IMG/VR virus record: IMGVR_UViG_3300032330_001609
Span: 5,975 to 69,974 of that record
DNA: 64,000 nucleotides
Direction: 5' to 3' (one strand)
From: a virus
Taxonomy: Duplodnaviria; Heunggongvirae; Uroviricota; Caudoviricetes
Both the position numbers and the translations under genes were made by a program. The notes under the pieces were generated by a model that saw nothing but the letters and a program-made list of their open reading frames with translations, was not told where the DNA came from and searched no databases. Positions 49,406 to 59,241 of the stretch are shown one piece after another. Numbering within the stretch: position 1 is the first letter of the stretch; each line of letters begins with the position of its first letter.

Positions 49406-49437
49406 AATTATGGTTCATCTTAGGGTGGACCATAATT
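49406..49437 (+). other. 14-bp RNA hairpin after the sheath gene, no U tail
   Basis: AATTATGGTTCATC-TTAG-GGTGGACCATAATT, with two G-U pairs that form only on the plus strand. Confidence 0.65.
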
Positions 49438-49455
49438 AAGCCTTATAACAAGAAT

Positions 49456-50274
49456 ATGTTAAAAAATAAAATAACTGAAGGTATTGACGACACAGGTGCT
49501 CCGGATGAAAAGTATTACGCATTTGATTGGGATGACAATATTGTAACAATGCCAACAAAAATTTTAGTAAAAGATGAAGATGGTGATGTTGTTGGAATGT
49601 CTACCGAAGATTTTGCTAAATATCGTGAAATAATTGGTAAAGAACCTTTTGAATTTGACGGACATACTATTGTAGGTTATTCAGATGACCCTTATAAATA
49701 TTTTGGGGTTAAGGGTGACAAACAATTTATTATTGATGCAATGGGTGCTAAACCGGCTGCGGCTTGGCCTGACTTTGTTGAGGCAATTAACAATGGGTCA
49801 ATTTTTTCTATTGTTACCGCTAGAGGACATACACCATCTGTTTTAAAGGAAGGTGTCTATAATTATATTGTGTCAAACACAAATGGTATTAATTCCGATG
49901 AGTTAGTTAAGAATTTAGAAAAATACCGTGACTTAAATGACCAAGGTAGTACGTCAAAAAGAGAAATGATTCGTGAGTATTTAGATATGTGTAAATTTTA
50001 TCCGGTAACACACGGAAAAGGTTCGGCTGCAGAAGTGGAACCATTAAAGATTGAGGCGTTAAAAGAGTTTGTTAATTATGTGAAAAAAATGTCACACCAT
50101 ATTCAGAAACAAGCGTTCTTAAAAAATAAAATAAGTAATTATTTTGTACCAAAAGTAGGTTTTTCAGATGACGACTTAAAAAATGTGGAAAGTGTTAAAA
50201 AACATTTTGAGGATGACCCAGAGAATATTATAACAACATATTCAACAAAAGGAGGAATTAAAAAAGAATATTAA
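49456..50274 (+). CDS. HAD-superfamily hydrolase
   Basis: AFDWDDN (motif I), IVTARG (II), K (III), GFSDDD (IV). Confidence 0.75.
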   Translation: MLKNKITEGIDDTGAPDEKYYAFDWDDNIVTMPTKILVKDEDGDVVGMSTEDFAKYREIIGKEPFEFDGHTIVGYSDDPYKYFGVKGDKQFIIDAMGAKPAAAWPDFVEAINNGSIFSIVTARGHTPSVLKEGVYNYIVSNTNGINSDELVKNLEKYRDLNDQGSTSKREMIREYLDMCKFYPVTHGKGSAAEVEPLKIEALKEFVNYVKKMSHHIQKQAFLKNKISNYFVPKVGFSDDDLKNVESVKKHFEDDPENIITTYSTKGGIKKEY

Positions 50275-50434
50275 ATAATAAATAAATAAAAAAACTATTA
50301 AATTAAAACTAGTAATAAAAACTGGATTACTAGAAATATAAAAAATTAAATTTATTAAGTCAAGAGAAAAAAATTTAATAGGTAATATTTATAATAAACA
50401 AAATAAATAAAATAAAATTAAAAACAAATAGAAT

Positions 50435-50923
50435 ATGGCTGATTTATTAATGAAAATGCCCATACCGTATGAACCAAAAAGACAGAACAGGTTCATCCTA
50501 CGTTTTCCATCTACTTTAGGTATTAACGAATGGTTTGTTGAGTCGGCTGCAAGACCTCACTTAACAATCGGTTCAACTGAGATACAATTTTTAAATACTT
50601 CAACTTATGTTGCAGGTCGTTTTACTTGGGGTACAATAAATGTTAAATTCCGTGACCCGATTGGGCCGTCGGCATCTCAAGCATTAATGGAGTGGGTTCG
50701 TTTATGTGCTGAGTCTGTTACAGGACGTATGGGGTACGCTGCAGGGTACAAAAAGAATGTTGACTTAGAAATGTTAGACCCAACAGGAGTTGTTGTTGAA
50801 AAATGGGTTTTAGAAGGTTCTTGGTTAATGGATATTAACTTTGATACGTTAGCATATAACGCAGATGCTTTAGCATCAATCACGGCAACATTACGTATGG
50901 ACCGTTGTATTTTAGTTTACTAA
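50435..50923 (+). CDS. Tail tube protein (T4 gp19-like)
   Basis: YEPKRQNRF, YVAGRFTW, YKK...LDPTG.VVEKW.L.G. Confidence 0.9.
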   Translation: MADLLMKMPIPYEPKRQNRFILRFPSTLGINEWFVESAARPHLTIGSTEIQFLNTSTYVAGRFTWGTINVKFRDPIGPSASQALMEWVRLCAESVTGRMGYAAGYKKNVDLEMLDPTGVVVEKWVLEGSWLMDINFDTLAYNADALASITATLRMDRCILVY

Positions 50924-50949
50924 TAGAATTTATATCCAATATATTAATG

Positions 50950-50978
50950 AATCCACATAGAAATATGTGGATTTTTTT
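50950..50978 (+). terminator. Rho-independent terminator
   Basis: AATCCACATA-GAAA-TATGTGGATT followed by a T run. Confidence 0.85.
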
Positions 50979-51035
50979 ATTTAATATTTATAAAAAATGA
51001 ATGTGACGTATATTTTATAATAAAACCTAATTATT

Positions 51036-51794
51036 ATGGAACAAAATATTATAGACGCGGGAACTCAAGGATTTAATTTACCACACGATATTGTATCACT
51101 ACCAACCGGTGGTATTTTTTACAAATCTAAAAAAAAATCAATCAAAGTTGGTTATTTAACAGCTAATGATGAAAATTTTTTATTAAGTGGTGCTCAAGGT
51201 AATAAAGATAATATGATTGTTTCTTTATTAAGAAACAAAATATATGAACACGATTTAAGACCTGAAGAATTATTGGATGGTGATATTGAGGCAATTTTAA
51301 TTTATTTAAGAAATACTTCATTTGGTCCTGAATATACTGTTAATTTAAGTGACCCTAGTACCGGAAAATCATTTGAAACAACAATAATTTTAGATGAATT
51401 AAATATTAAACAAACACAATATAAACCGGATGAAAATGGACTTTTTACAACAAAATTACCTAAAACAGGTGTTACGGTTAAATTAAGACCATTAAACTAT
51501 GGTGATAATCTTGAAATTGATAAATTGGCAGATTCATACCCACCGGGTAGAGTTGTTCCAAAAATTACTTGGAGATTAAACAAACAAATTGTTGAGATTG
51601 ATGGTAATACAAATCCGGGAGATATTTCAATGTTTGTTGACCAATTACCAATTATGGATTCAAAATATATCCGTAACTTTATGAGAGATAATCAACCTTC
51701 GTTAGATTTAACGAGAACTGCAATCGCCCCGTCCGGAGAATTGGTATCCTTTGAGATTGCCTTTGGGGTGGAGTTTTTTCGCCCTTTCTTCTAA
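51036..51794 (+). CDS. Baseplate hub/tail assembly chaperone (T4 gp26-like)
   Basis: V.LPTGG.FY, LTA.DE, D..AIL..LR, ends ...FGVEFFRP; between tube and tape measure. Confidence 0.7.
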   Translation: MEQNIIDAGTQGFNLPHDIVSLPTGGIFYKSKKKSIKVGYLTANDENFLLSGAQGNKDNMIVSLLRNKIYEHDLRPEELLDGDIEAILIYLRNTSFGPEYTVNLSDPSTGKSFETTIILDELNIKQTQYKPDENGLFTTKLPKTGVTVKLRPLNYGDNLEIDKLADSYPPGRVVPKITWRLNKQIVEIDGNTNPGDISMFVDQLPIMDSKYIRNFMRDNQPSLDLTRTAIAPSGELVSFEIAFGVEFFRPFF

Positions 51795-51939
51795 TAATCG
51801 ACAACTTCTAATTGAGGAATTTTATTTAATGTCAAAATTTAATAGAATATCCTGGACTGACTTCCACATAATGCCAACTTATGTTAGGAAATACTTAGTA
51901 AATAAAATAATTGAACACAATACACCAAGTGAGAGTTAA
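51751..51939 (+). CDS. Overlapping +1-frame ORF, probable frameshift extension of the chaperone
   Basis: EEFYLM.....SWTDF..MPTY.R.Y resembles chaperone GT-type extensions; no convincing independent start. Confidence 0.6.
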   Translation: MRLPLGWSFFALSSNNRQLLIEEFYLMSKFNRISWTDFHIMPTYVRKYLVNKIIEHNTPSES

Positions 51940-51984
51940 TATAAAAAATTCTTCTTGGTGTATTTATATATAAAAACGTATTGA

Positions 51985-53910
51985 ATGGCAAATATTGCAA
52001 AAGTAATTGAGGAAAGTATTAAAAAAACCATTTTGGAGTACAAAGACGCGTTAGCAACTAACGTTTCAGGTGATGCTATATACAAGATTATGAAAGACCT
52101 TGATGAAGGTGCTCATAATGTCGCAAACGCATTTGGTCAAGGTAGAGAGGCTATTATGGGTCTTAAATCCGCAATGGGTGAAGCTGTTACATCAGTTGAA
52201 TTGTTAGGTGGTGAATTCGCAAATATTGTGGAAATTCAAAAAGAGGTTGGTGAAACATTAGGTAGAAATGTATTACTTAATTCTGAGGCTTACGCTAAAT
52301 TATTTGCGGCTGAAAAAGTATCGGGTCAAAATGCAAAAGATATTGTTAGTGCGTTCAAAGACGCAGGTGTTTCAGCTTATGATGCCGGTAAACAAATGCA
52401 AACTGTAATAGATTCTGCAAGACAAATTGGGGTTAATGCTAAAGCCGTTTCAGAACAAGTTGTTAAAAATACTGCAGAGTTGAATAAATACAATTTTGTT
52501 AATGGTGTTGAAGGTTTGTCTAAAATGGCTGCTCAAGCAGTTTCGTTAAGGGTTAATATGAAAGATACTTTGGATTTTGCCGAACGAGTTTTTAAACCTG
52601 ATGGGGCGATTGAAATGGCTGCGGCAATGCAAAGATTGGGTGTGGCACAAAGTGATTTATTAGACCCATTAAGATTAATGGATTTATCAGCAAATGACCC
52701 AACAGAACTTCAAAATCAAATTGTTAAAATGACTCAACAATTTGTTCAATTAAACAAAGATGGTCGTTTTGAAATTATGCCAGGTGCTAAGAGACAATTT
52801 ATGGAAATTGCTGAGGCAATGAAAATTCCTTATGGTACTCTTACTAAAATGGCTATTGGTAGTCAAGAATTGGATGAGAAAATGAAAAAAATTGCTTTTC
52901 CAAGTTCATTGGCAAGTGAAGATGATAGAAAAATGATTGCCAATATGGCAGAGGCTAAAGACGGTAAATTTGAAATTTCGTTCAATGATGAAAAGGGTAA
53001 TTTAGTCAGAAAAGAAGTTTCAAAATTAGATACAACCGATTTAGAAAATATTAAAAAAGGTTTTGAACCAAAAACTTTAGAAGAATTAACTAAAGAACAA
53101 TTATCCGTTCAAAAAGATATGGCTGCAAATATGAGAGCGGTTGCTCATCAAGGAGGTTTTGGTGTCGCAAAATCTAAAGTTGGTCAAGAACTCTATGGTG
53201 TTAAAAGAGATGTTTCAAGAGGTTTTGCTGATACTTTTATTAATGAGTCAACATCATCAAAAAGAATTGCCGAAGGGATTAATAATACTATGGGGCCTGT
53301 AATGGATACTTTCAAAGATATGTTAGCCGGTAAAAAATCACCTCAACAAGCTTTAGATTCATTAGCAACGGCTGCCAAATCTGCGGGTAATTATTTAAGT
53401 ACGTTAGGTAGTGATACTATGAAAGCGGGTAAAGCCGCAGGACAAAAAATGTTAATGTCTGAAAACCAAGTTACACAAGTAGTTGCAATGGTTATAAAAC
53501 AATTAGTATCTAGTGAATTCACCAAATCCACAACAGCAAAAAACACTGAGACACCGGTTAATGATTTTATGATTGATGGTAGAAATTTAATAACAAATCC
53601 TGCTGACACAATATTTGGAGGAACGGGGGCTGAAAGGTTTTTTGAGTCTGTTAATAAATTAACCTCAAGTAATAATATGGGTATGATGAATAATTCACCT
53701 CAAAATATGAATTCAACAATGGATATTAATTTTAACTTAAAATTAGATTCAAATCAAAATATAGATATGGCTCAATTAGAAAGAGCATTTAATAATACAG
53801 GACTTAAAGAAAAAATTATTGAAGTTGCCACATTAGGTATGGATAGATTCTCACCGGAGGCTTCAGTAAGAAAAAAAATGAACCCATACGTAAAAAGTAT
53901 GAACGGATAA
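51985..53910 (+). CDS. Tape measure-like protein
   Basis: Helical Ala/Lys/Met/Gln-rich, Cys-free, 641 aa; canonical position after the chaperone. Confidence 0.7.
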   Translation: MANIAKVIEESIKKTILEYKDALATNVSGDAIYKIMKDLDEGAHNVANAFGQGREAIMGLKSAMGEAVTSVELLGGEFANIVEIQKEVGETLGRNVLLNSEAYAKLFAAEKVSGQNAKDIVSAFKDAGVSAYDAGKQMQTVIDSARQIGVNAKAVSEQVVKNTAELNKYNFVNGVEGLSKMAAQAVSLRVNMKDTLDFAERVFKPDGAIEMAAAMQRLGVAQSDLLDPLRLMDLSANDPTELQNQIVKMTQQFVQLNKDGRFEIMPGAKRQFMEIAEAMKIPYGTLTKMAIGSQELDEKMKKIAFPSSLASEDDRKMIANMAEAKDGKFEISFNDEKGNLVRKEVSKLDTTDLENIKKGFEPKTLEELTKEQLSVQKDMAANMRAVAHQGGFGVAKSKVGQELYGVKRDVSRGFADTFINESTSSKRIAEGINNTMGPVMDTFKDMLAGKKSPQQALDSLATAAKSAGNYLSTLGSDTMKAGKAAGQKMLMSENQVTQVVAMVIKQLVSSEFTKSTTAKNTETPVNDFMIDGRNLITNPADTIFGGTGAERFFESVNKLTSSNNMGMMNNSPQNMNSTMDINFNLKLDSNQNIDMAQLERAFNNTGLKEKIIEVATLGMDRFSPEASVRKKMNPYVKSMNG

Positions 53911-53947
53911 ATTAAATTATAATCTATTTATAGATAAACAATAAAAA

Positions 53948-56900
53948 ATGCCAAGTACATTATCATTTGCATCATCGTCATCTTTTAGAGATTCTCTTTT
54001 AGCAAAAAACCTATCGCCATATACTGTTCCCGGAGTGTATTCACCCCCAAGTGGAAACGTGGCTTATGAACCGGCAATTAATCAATCAAATGTTATTGAT
54101 TCACCGGATGGTTTAATAGCTAACGATTCGTTTGCACCATCACAATACGTGATGAATCAATATGGTCCTCAAGGTGGTTATAATACAAATATAACTTATA
54201 ATGGTGTACCTTTACCTGTATTATCAAATTCGGGGGAATATGACCCAAATGATACTGTATTAGATTTAGTTAATGAATTTTTTATAGATGCCGCTTATAT
54301 ATTAAACCCATATGGACCAATAGGTGGTTTTAATGATTTATATTATGTGTCAGAAACGATAACTAATCAAGTTTATCATCAACCATATCCATCTACTTTT
54401 GTACCTTCAAGTTATTCTCCTTACGAGATACTTTTTAATACTAATCCAACAGGTAGTGATGGTACATTATCTCAAGATTCATATATTGCTCAGATTGGAG
54501 CTATACAATTGGATAGTGCTTTCCAAAGTACAATTGCATCTGAAATATATCAAAATACCGTTGGTGCAGTCAACCTACAAGGACTACAGGACCCTTTTGA
54601 GATAAGTTTAATATTATCAGGACAAGAACCTTTAATTTATAGAAATTGGAGAATTACGGTACCTGAAAATCCTTTATTAGCGGCAGTTGACTTTGCAACA
54701 AGATTAGCCGGAGCGTATTGGCCTGTATCCCCAATTCCGGGAGATTATTTTGAGGACAATACCTTAAATGGTCAAACACAACAAACCTCAACAGCATTAA
54801 ATGTTACTAATCAATTAACGGGTGGTTTTTTAGGACCAATTTTAAACATTAAAAGAAATCCGTCTGAAATATTCTTAGTTAATACCGGAAATGGTCAAAG
54901 GTCTGCGTTATTTGCTAACTTAAATTATAATAGATACCAACCAAGTTATCGTAAGGATTATGGTGGTATTTTAGGTATTGGACAAGCGATTGTTAACTTA
55001 ATTAATCCGGCTAATGGAACATTAGTTGGGGGGTACTATGTTGGTAGTAGAAATGCTGAACCATCTAATATTACTTCACCACCTAATCAAGTTCCCGTAA
55101 ATGCTTTTGGTCAACAAGAACAATCACCGGTATATGGACCATCTGAGATGGGTATTCTATATGAGGGTAATCAAGACACACTTAAATTTGGTCTTGCCGC
55201 AAAATCATTTACTGATAGTGGGGACATTAGTGGTCAATTTGTTTGGACATCACCAAAATACAAACCAAACGCTGGTTTTCACGCAACACCGGGGGGTGGT
55301 TCAGGGTCTCGTGATGATGAATATAATTTAATTAGTAGTTATTATAGTCGTGGTGAATCAACAAACATAACTTTCAAAGAAACGTCTATTTTAGACCAAA
55401 CTCAAAGATTAGTTGATTCTGCTGATAATGTTCAAGGTATCTCAAGATTGAAACACGTTGGTAATGCGATTAATCAAGTTAGTAAAGTTTTCCACGATGG
55501 TTATAAAGAAATGACAAAAGGTTCTCAAGTTGTATCATATAAAGATAATACAACCGGAACAGAAAAAGGTATTGAATATTGTCGTGTGTTTACGAAAGAT
55601 ACACCATATTATACTTACGCTGATTTACAAAAATCAGATGGTATTACTACTTCAGGTAGAAGATTTGCAAGTTCAGTATTAGACAACACTTACAATTTGA
55701 ATATTGCCCCAATGAGAAATCCTGGGTCAACTAATATTCAACCGGGAGCTAATGGTAACTTGGTTGCTAAAAAATATATGTTCTCAATTGAGAATTTAGC
55801 TTGGAGAACTTCTAGTAGACCGGGGTATAGAGTACAAGATTTACCTGTTTGTGAACAAGGTCCAAATGGGGGTAGAGTTATGTGGTTCCCACCTTATGAT
55901 TTAAAATTTTCAGATTCAAGTCAAGCGGGTTGGAATAAAACAACGTTTTTAGGTAGACCTGAACCAATGTATACCTATAAAGATACAAGTAGAACCGGTA
56001 CATTGTCTTGGAAAATGATTGTTGACCATCCATCGATATTAAATTTAGTTGTTGACCAACAATTAAAAGGTGTTGATAGAGAAAAAATGAATTCAATTTT
56101 AGATTCATTCTTTGCGGGATGTGTGAAGTATGACATATATGAATTGGCTAAAAAATATAATAGATTAAAACCTAATGATTTATATACCTATCAAGAGATT
56201 TTAAGTAACCCAAGGTTGACAGAGGAAGAATTACGTAAAGTTTATACAGAAATACCTGCGGATAATAATACTACAACCGGTGAAGGTAATGGTGCTACAG
56301 TGGGTGGTACTGAAACGGGTTATAATGGTAGTTTTGAAACTGATTATTTGAATCTTGGTTTTTATTTTGAAAATGACCAACCAAATCCTAATACAAGACA
56401 AGTAACAACAACCGAAAATTTTGAAAATTTATATGGTTCATATACAGACCAAAAAAATATTGATAGATATGAGTATAATGCAAATAATTTATTTTCATTG
56501 GTTGATACTAATAGAAACGTTGTTCAATTTTTTGATACCGTTGTTAAAGATAATTTTAATATAGTTAAAGAAAAATTTATCAAAGATGCTGTTGACATTA
56601 TTGCCAATCAAAAAGGTACTATTTCATTATCGTTACAAGGTTCAGCATCGGCATTGGCGTCAAAAAGTTATAATATAAATTTATCTGCTAGAAGAATTAT
56701 ATCTGTTGAAAATTATTTTAAAACAACTGAGTTAAAAAATTATGTTGGTAAAGAATTTAAAGTTGTTAATGAGAATCCTAAAGGTGAAGGTGAGACTATT
56801 GTATTTCCAAAATCATCTAAAAGTTTTGGAGAATCAGTTACTTGTACTGAAAATATTAAAGCGACTGCAGGTCCAAATGCCGGTAAAGTAATTAATGATG

Positions 56901-58915
56901 GTTCGGAAATTTTCTCAGTAGATGCAATGGCTTGTAGACGTGTTGCAATTACATCTATTAAGGTTACAGTTCCACCACCAGTTAAAGTTGAAGAACCTAA
57001 AAAAGAACAAAGTACAACAGGTGTAAACGTACCGGTTCCACAACCAACCAAAACAGTTAAAGAAACTTTAATTGATGGTATTGGTAAAAAGATTCTAAGA
57101 GATTTATTATCTGAATGTGATTATTTTGAAATGATTGAAAAGTCTAATCCAATGTTGTATGATAACATAAAACAAAAAATTAAACATTTTAATCCGGCAT
57201 TTCACTCTATGACACCTGAAGGATTGAATGGTAGATTAAACTTTTTGAATCAATGTGTTAGACCGGGAGAAACTATACCAACAATTGGTACCGATAACAA
57301 ACCAAAATACAATGATGCGGTGAATACCTCATTTGGTGCACCACCGGTGTTAATATTAAGAATTGGGGATTTCTTCAATACTAAAATTATACCTAATTCA
57401 GTTCAATTTCAATATGAACCATTGGTTTTAGATATGAATCCTGAAGGTATTGGTGTTCAACCAATGATTGCTAATGTTACTATGTCATTTGATATTATTG
57501 GTGGTATGGGTCTTGCAAAACCTGTTGAGGAATTACAAAACGCATTATCATTCAATTATTATGCTAATACTGAGATTTACGATGAAAGAGCTAAATGGAC
57601 TGATGATAGTTTCAAAACAATTGACAAAGAAATTTGGGATTCAATATTAGCACAACAACCATCGGCAAAACCAACAGAGGTTGATAACCAACAACAAAAT
57701 AATGGTGGAACTACTATTGGAGAAATTATAACTAATATTCCTGTACCAAGTGGTCAAACGGGGGAAATTACATATAAAACGATTATGGATAATTTATTGG
57801 ATGTAACTAAAGAATATTACACTAATATAGTTAATCAGGCGGAAAGTTTTACTAGTACATACAATTATGGTGTTTGGCAGTTAATAACTAAAAACAGATT
57901 GTATACTACCGGTAAATTTAATTTAGATATTGGAGATACTTGGGATGTACCGATTTATGGTGCACCTGAAAAAGTACAGGATAAAATTAATAAATTATTT
58001 ACTGACATTAATGGTGATATAACAGACCAAAGTAATTTTATTATTGCGGGGTTAAATACTTATAGTTTTCCATCACAAGTAATGACTACGGTTACCACTA
58101 ATTTACGTCAGTTTTTAACTGATTTTAAAGATAGTTTTAGTTCCGGAATTATGAGTAAAATAAATTCAGATATTATTGTACAAGAACAAAATATGGTATT
58201 TGTGTTTAATAAAATAAATTTAGTTACAACTAAAACGGATGGTAAAATAGTTGGTAATCAGGCTAAAGTTTATAATATATCAGGAACAACTGAAGTTGAC
58301 CCAAGTACAAAAGGTGCTACGGACACTTATTCTGAACTATGGTTTGATTTTCAAGCTGTTGGGACAAGATTACAAAATTATGATAAATTCTTACAAAGAC
58401 CTGAAAATTTAATAATAACTGATTTGTATGATACTAGTGGACCAAGTTGTTTTTCACCGTTAAAAGGTTATGGAAGTTCAGCATTTGATGTGGGTGCAAA
58501 TTCACAATATCAAAATCAAAATAGGTTCTTTATTGCTTTAGGAAGATATTTGAGTGATAAAAATAATTTAAAAGCTTTCAAATCTAAAATTATAACAGCG
58601 GATTTACAAAAGGTTAAATCACCTTCAAATCTAAGTAATAAGTTTGATAAAATTATGGATAATTTTGTTGATAGTTGTAAAGAAGAATTAAAACAAGAAC
58701 AAAAATTCTTTGATAAATTAAAGAAATCAAATGATTACTTAGATTATATTAATAAATCAGTATACAATAAAGGAAAGTTACGTAAGTTTAATTACACAAC
58801 GATTGCGATTCCTTCAACAAATGCAACACAAGAAGCTGCAATAAAATTATTATATTCAACAACAGGTGATATAACATCACCAACTTGGAATAATAAGGTC
58901 AAATTTAATTCATAA
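53948..58915 (+). CDS. Large baseplate/tube-initiator-like protein with inserted OmpA-like domain
   Basis: W....LGRPEP.YTY....R...L and APPV..LRIGD flank FYFEND...L.GSAS......N..LS.RR...CRRV.I. Confidence 0.65.
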   Translation: MPSTLSFASSSSFRDSLLAKNLSPYTVPGVYSPPSGNVAYEPAINQSNVIDSPDGLIANDSFAPSQYVMNQYGPQGGYNTNITYNGVPLPVLSNSGEYDPNDTVLDLVNEFFIDAAYILNPYGPIGGFNDLYYVSETITNQVYHQPYPSTFVPSSYSPYEILFNTNPTGSDGTLSQDSYIAQIGAIQLDSAFQSTIASEIYQNTVGAVNLQGLQDPFEISLILSGQEPLIYRNWRITVPENPLLAAVDFATRLAGAYWPVSPIPGDYFEDNTLNGQTQQTSTALNVTNQLTGGFLGPILNIKRNPSEIFLVNTGNGQRSALFANLNYNRYQPSYRKDYGGILGIGQAIVNLINPANGTLVGGYYVGSRNAEPSNITSPPNQVPVNAFGQQEQSPVYGPSEMGILYEGNQDTLKFGLAAKSFTDSGDISGQFVWTSPKYKPNAGFHATPGGGSGSRDDEYNLISSYYSRGESTNITFKETSILDQTQRLVDSADNVQGISRLKHVGNAINQVSKVFHDGYKEMTKGSQVVSYKDNTTGTEKGIEYCRVFTKDTPYYTYADLQKSDGITTSGRRFASSVLDNTYNLNIAPMRNPGSTNIQPGANGNLVAKKYMFSIENLAWRTSSRPGYRVQDLPVCEQGPNGGRVMWFPPYDLKFSDSSQAGWNKTTFLGRPEPMYTYKDTSRTGTLSWKMIVDHPSILNLVVDQQLKGVDREKMNSILDSFFAGCVKYDIYELAKKYNRLKPNDLYTYQEILSNPRLTEEELRKVYTEIPADNNTTTGEGNGATVGGTETGYNGSFETDYLNLGFYFENDQPNPNTRQVTTTENFENLYGSYTDQKNIDRYEYNANNLFSLVDTNRNVVQFFDTVVKDNFNIVKEKFIKDAVDIIANQKGTISLSLQGSASALASKSYNINLSARRIISVENYFKTTELKNYVGKEFKVVNENPKGEGETIVFPKSSKSFGESVTCTENIKATAGPNAGKVINDGSEIFSVDAMACRRVAITSIKVTVPPPVKVEEPKKEQSTTGVNVPVPQPTKTVKETLIDGIGKKILRDLLSECDYFEMIEKSNPMLYDNIKQKIKHFNPAFHSMTPEGLNGRLNFLNQCVRPGETIPTIGTDNKPKYNDAVNTSFGAPPVLILRIGDFFNTKIIPNSVQFQYEPLVLDMNPEGIGVQPMIANVTMSFDIIGGMGLAKPVEELQNALSFNYYANTEIYDERAKWTDDSFKTIDKEIWDSILAQQPSAKPTEVDNQQQNNGGTTIGEIITNIPVPSGQTGEITYKTIMDNLLDVTKEYYTNIVNQAESFTSTYNYGVWQLITKNRLYTTGKFNLDIGDTWDVPIYGAPEKVQDKINKLFTDINGDITDQSNFIIAGLNTYSFPSQVMTTVTTNLRQFLTDFKDSFSSGIMSKINSDIIVQEQNMVFVFNKINLVTTKTDGKIVGNQAKVYNISGTTEVDPSTKGATDTYSELWFDFQAVGTRLQNYDKFLQRPENLIITDLYDTSGPSCFSPLKGYGSSAFDVGANSQYQNQNRFFIALGRYLSDKNNLKAFKSKIITADLQKVKSPSNLSNKFDKIMDNFVDSCKEELKQEQKFFDKLKKSNDYLDYINKSVYNKGKLRKFNYTTIAIPSTNATQEAAIKLLYSTTGDITSPTWNNKVKFNS

Positions 58916-59241
58916 TGGGAAGTAGAGATACATACAATAGATATAATGAGTTTTTAACTAATGGACAACAAACCGTTGTACCATATGTTAATTTGCAGAC
59001 AAAATCGACTGATAAAAAATACATTTATAAAGTTGGTCAATCAAGATTAGATAAAGTTTCTCAACAGTATTATGGTTCCGGAACTTTTGGATGGTTAATC
59101 CTTATGGCCAACCCAATTTTTGGAGGACAAGAATGGAACATTACTGATGGTTCTATCTTGACAATTCCATTTCCTTTAGTAGCTTCATTACAGGATTATA
59201 AAAATCAGTTAGATAATCATTTCTTTTATTATGGTAGATAA
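58915..59241 (+). CDS. LysM-like baseplate wedge protein (gp53/tail X-like)
   Basis: RLDKVSQQYYG....WLILMANP...L.IP. Confidence 0.8.
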   Translation: MGSRDTYNRYNEFLTNGQQTVVPYVNLQTKSTDKKYIYKVGQSRLDKVSQQYYGSGTFGWLILMANPIFGGQEWNITDGSILTIPFPLVASLQDYKNQLDNHFFYYGR

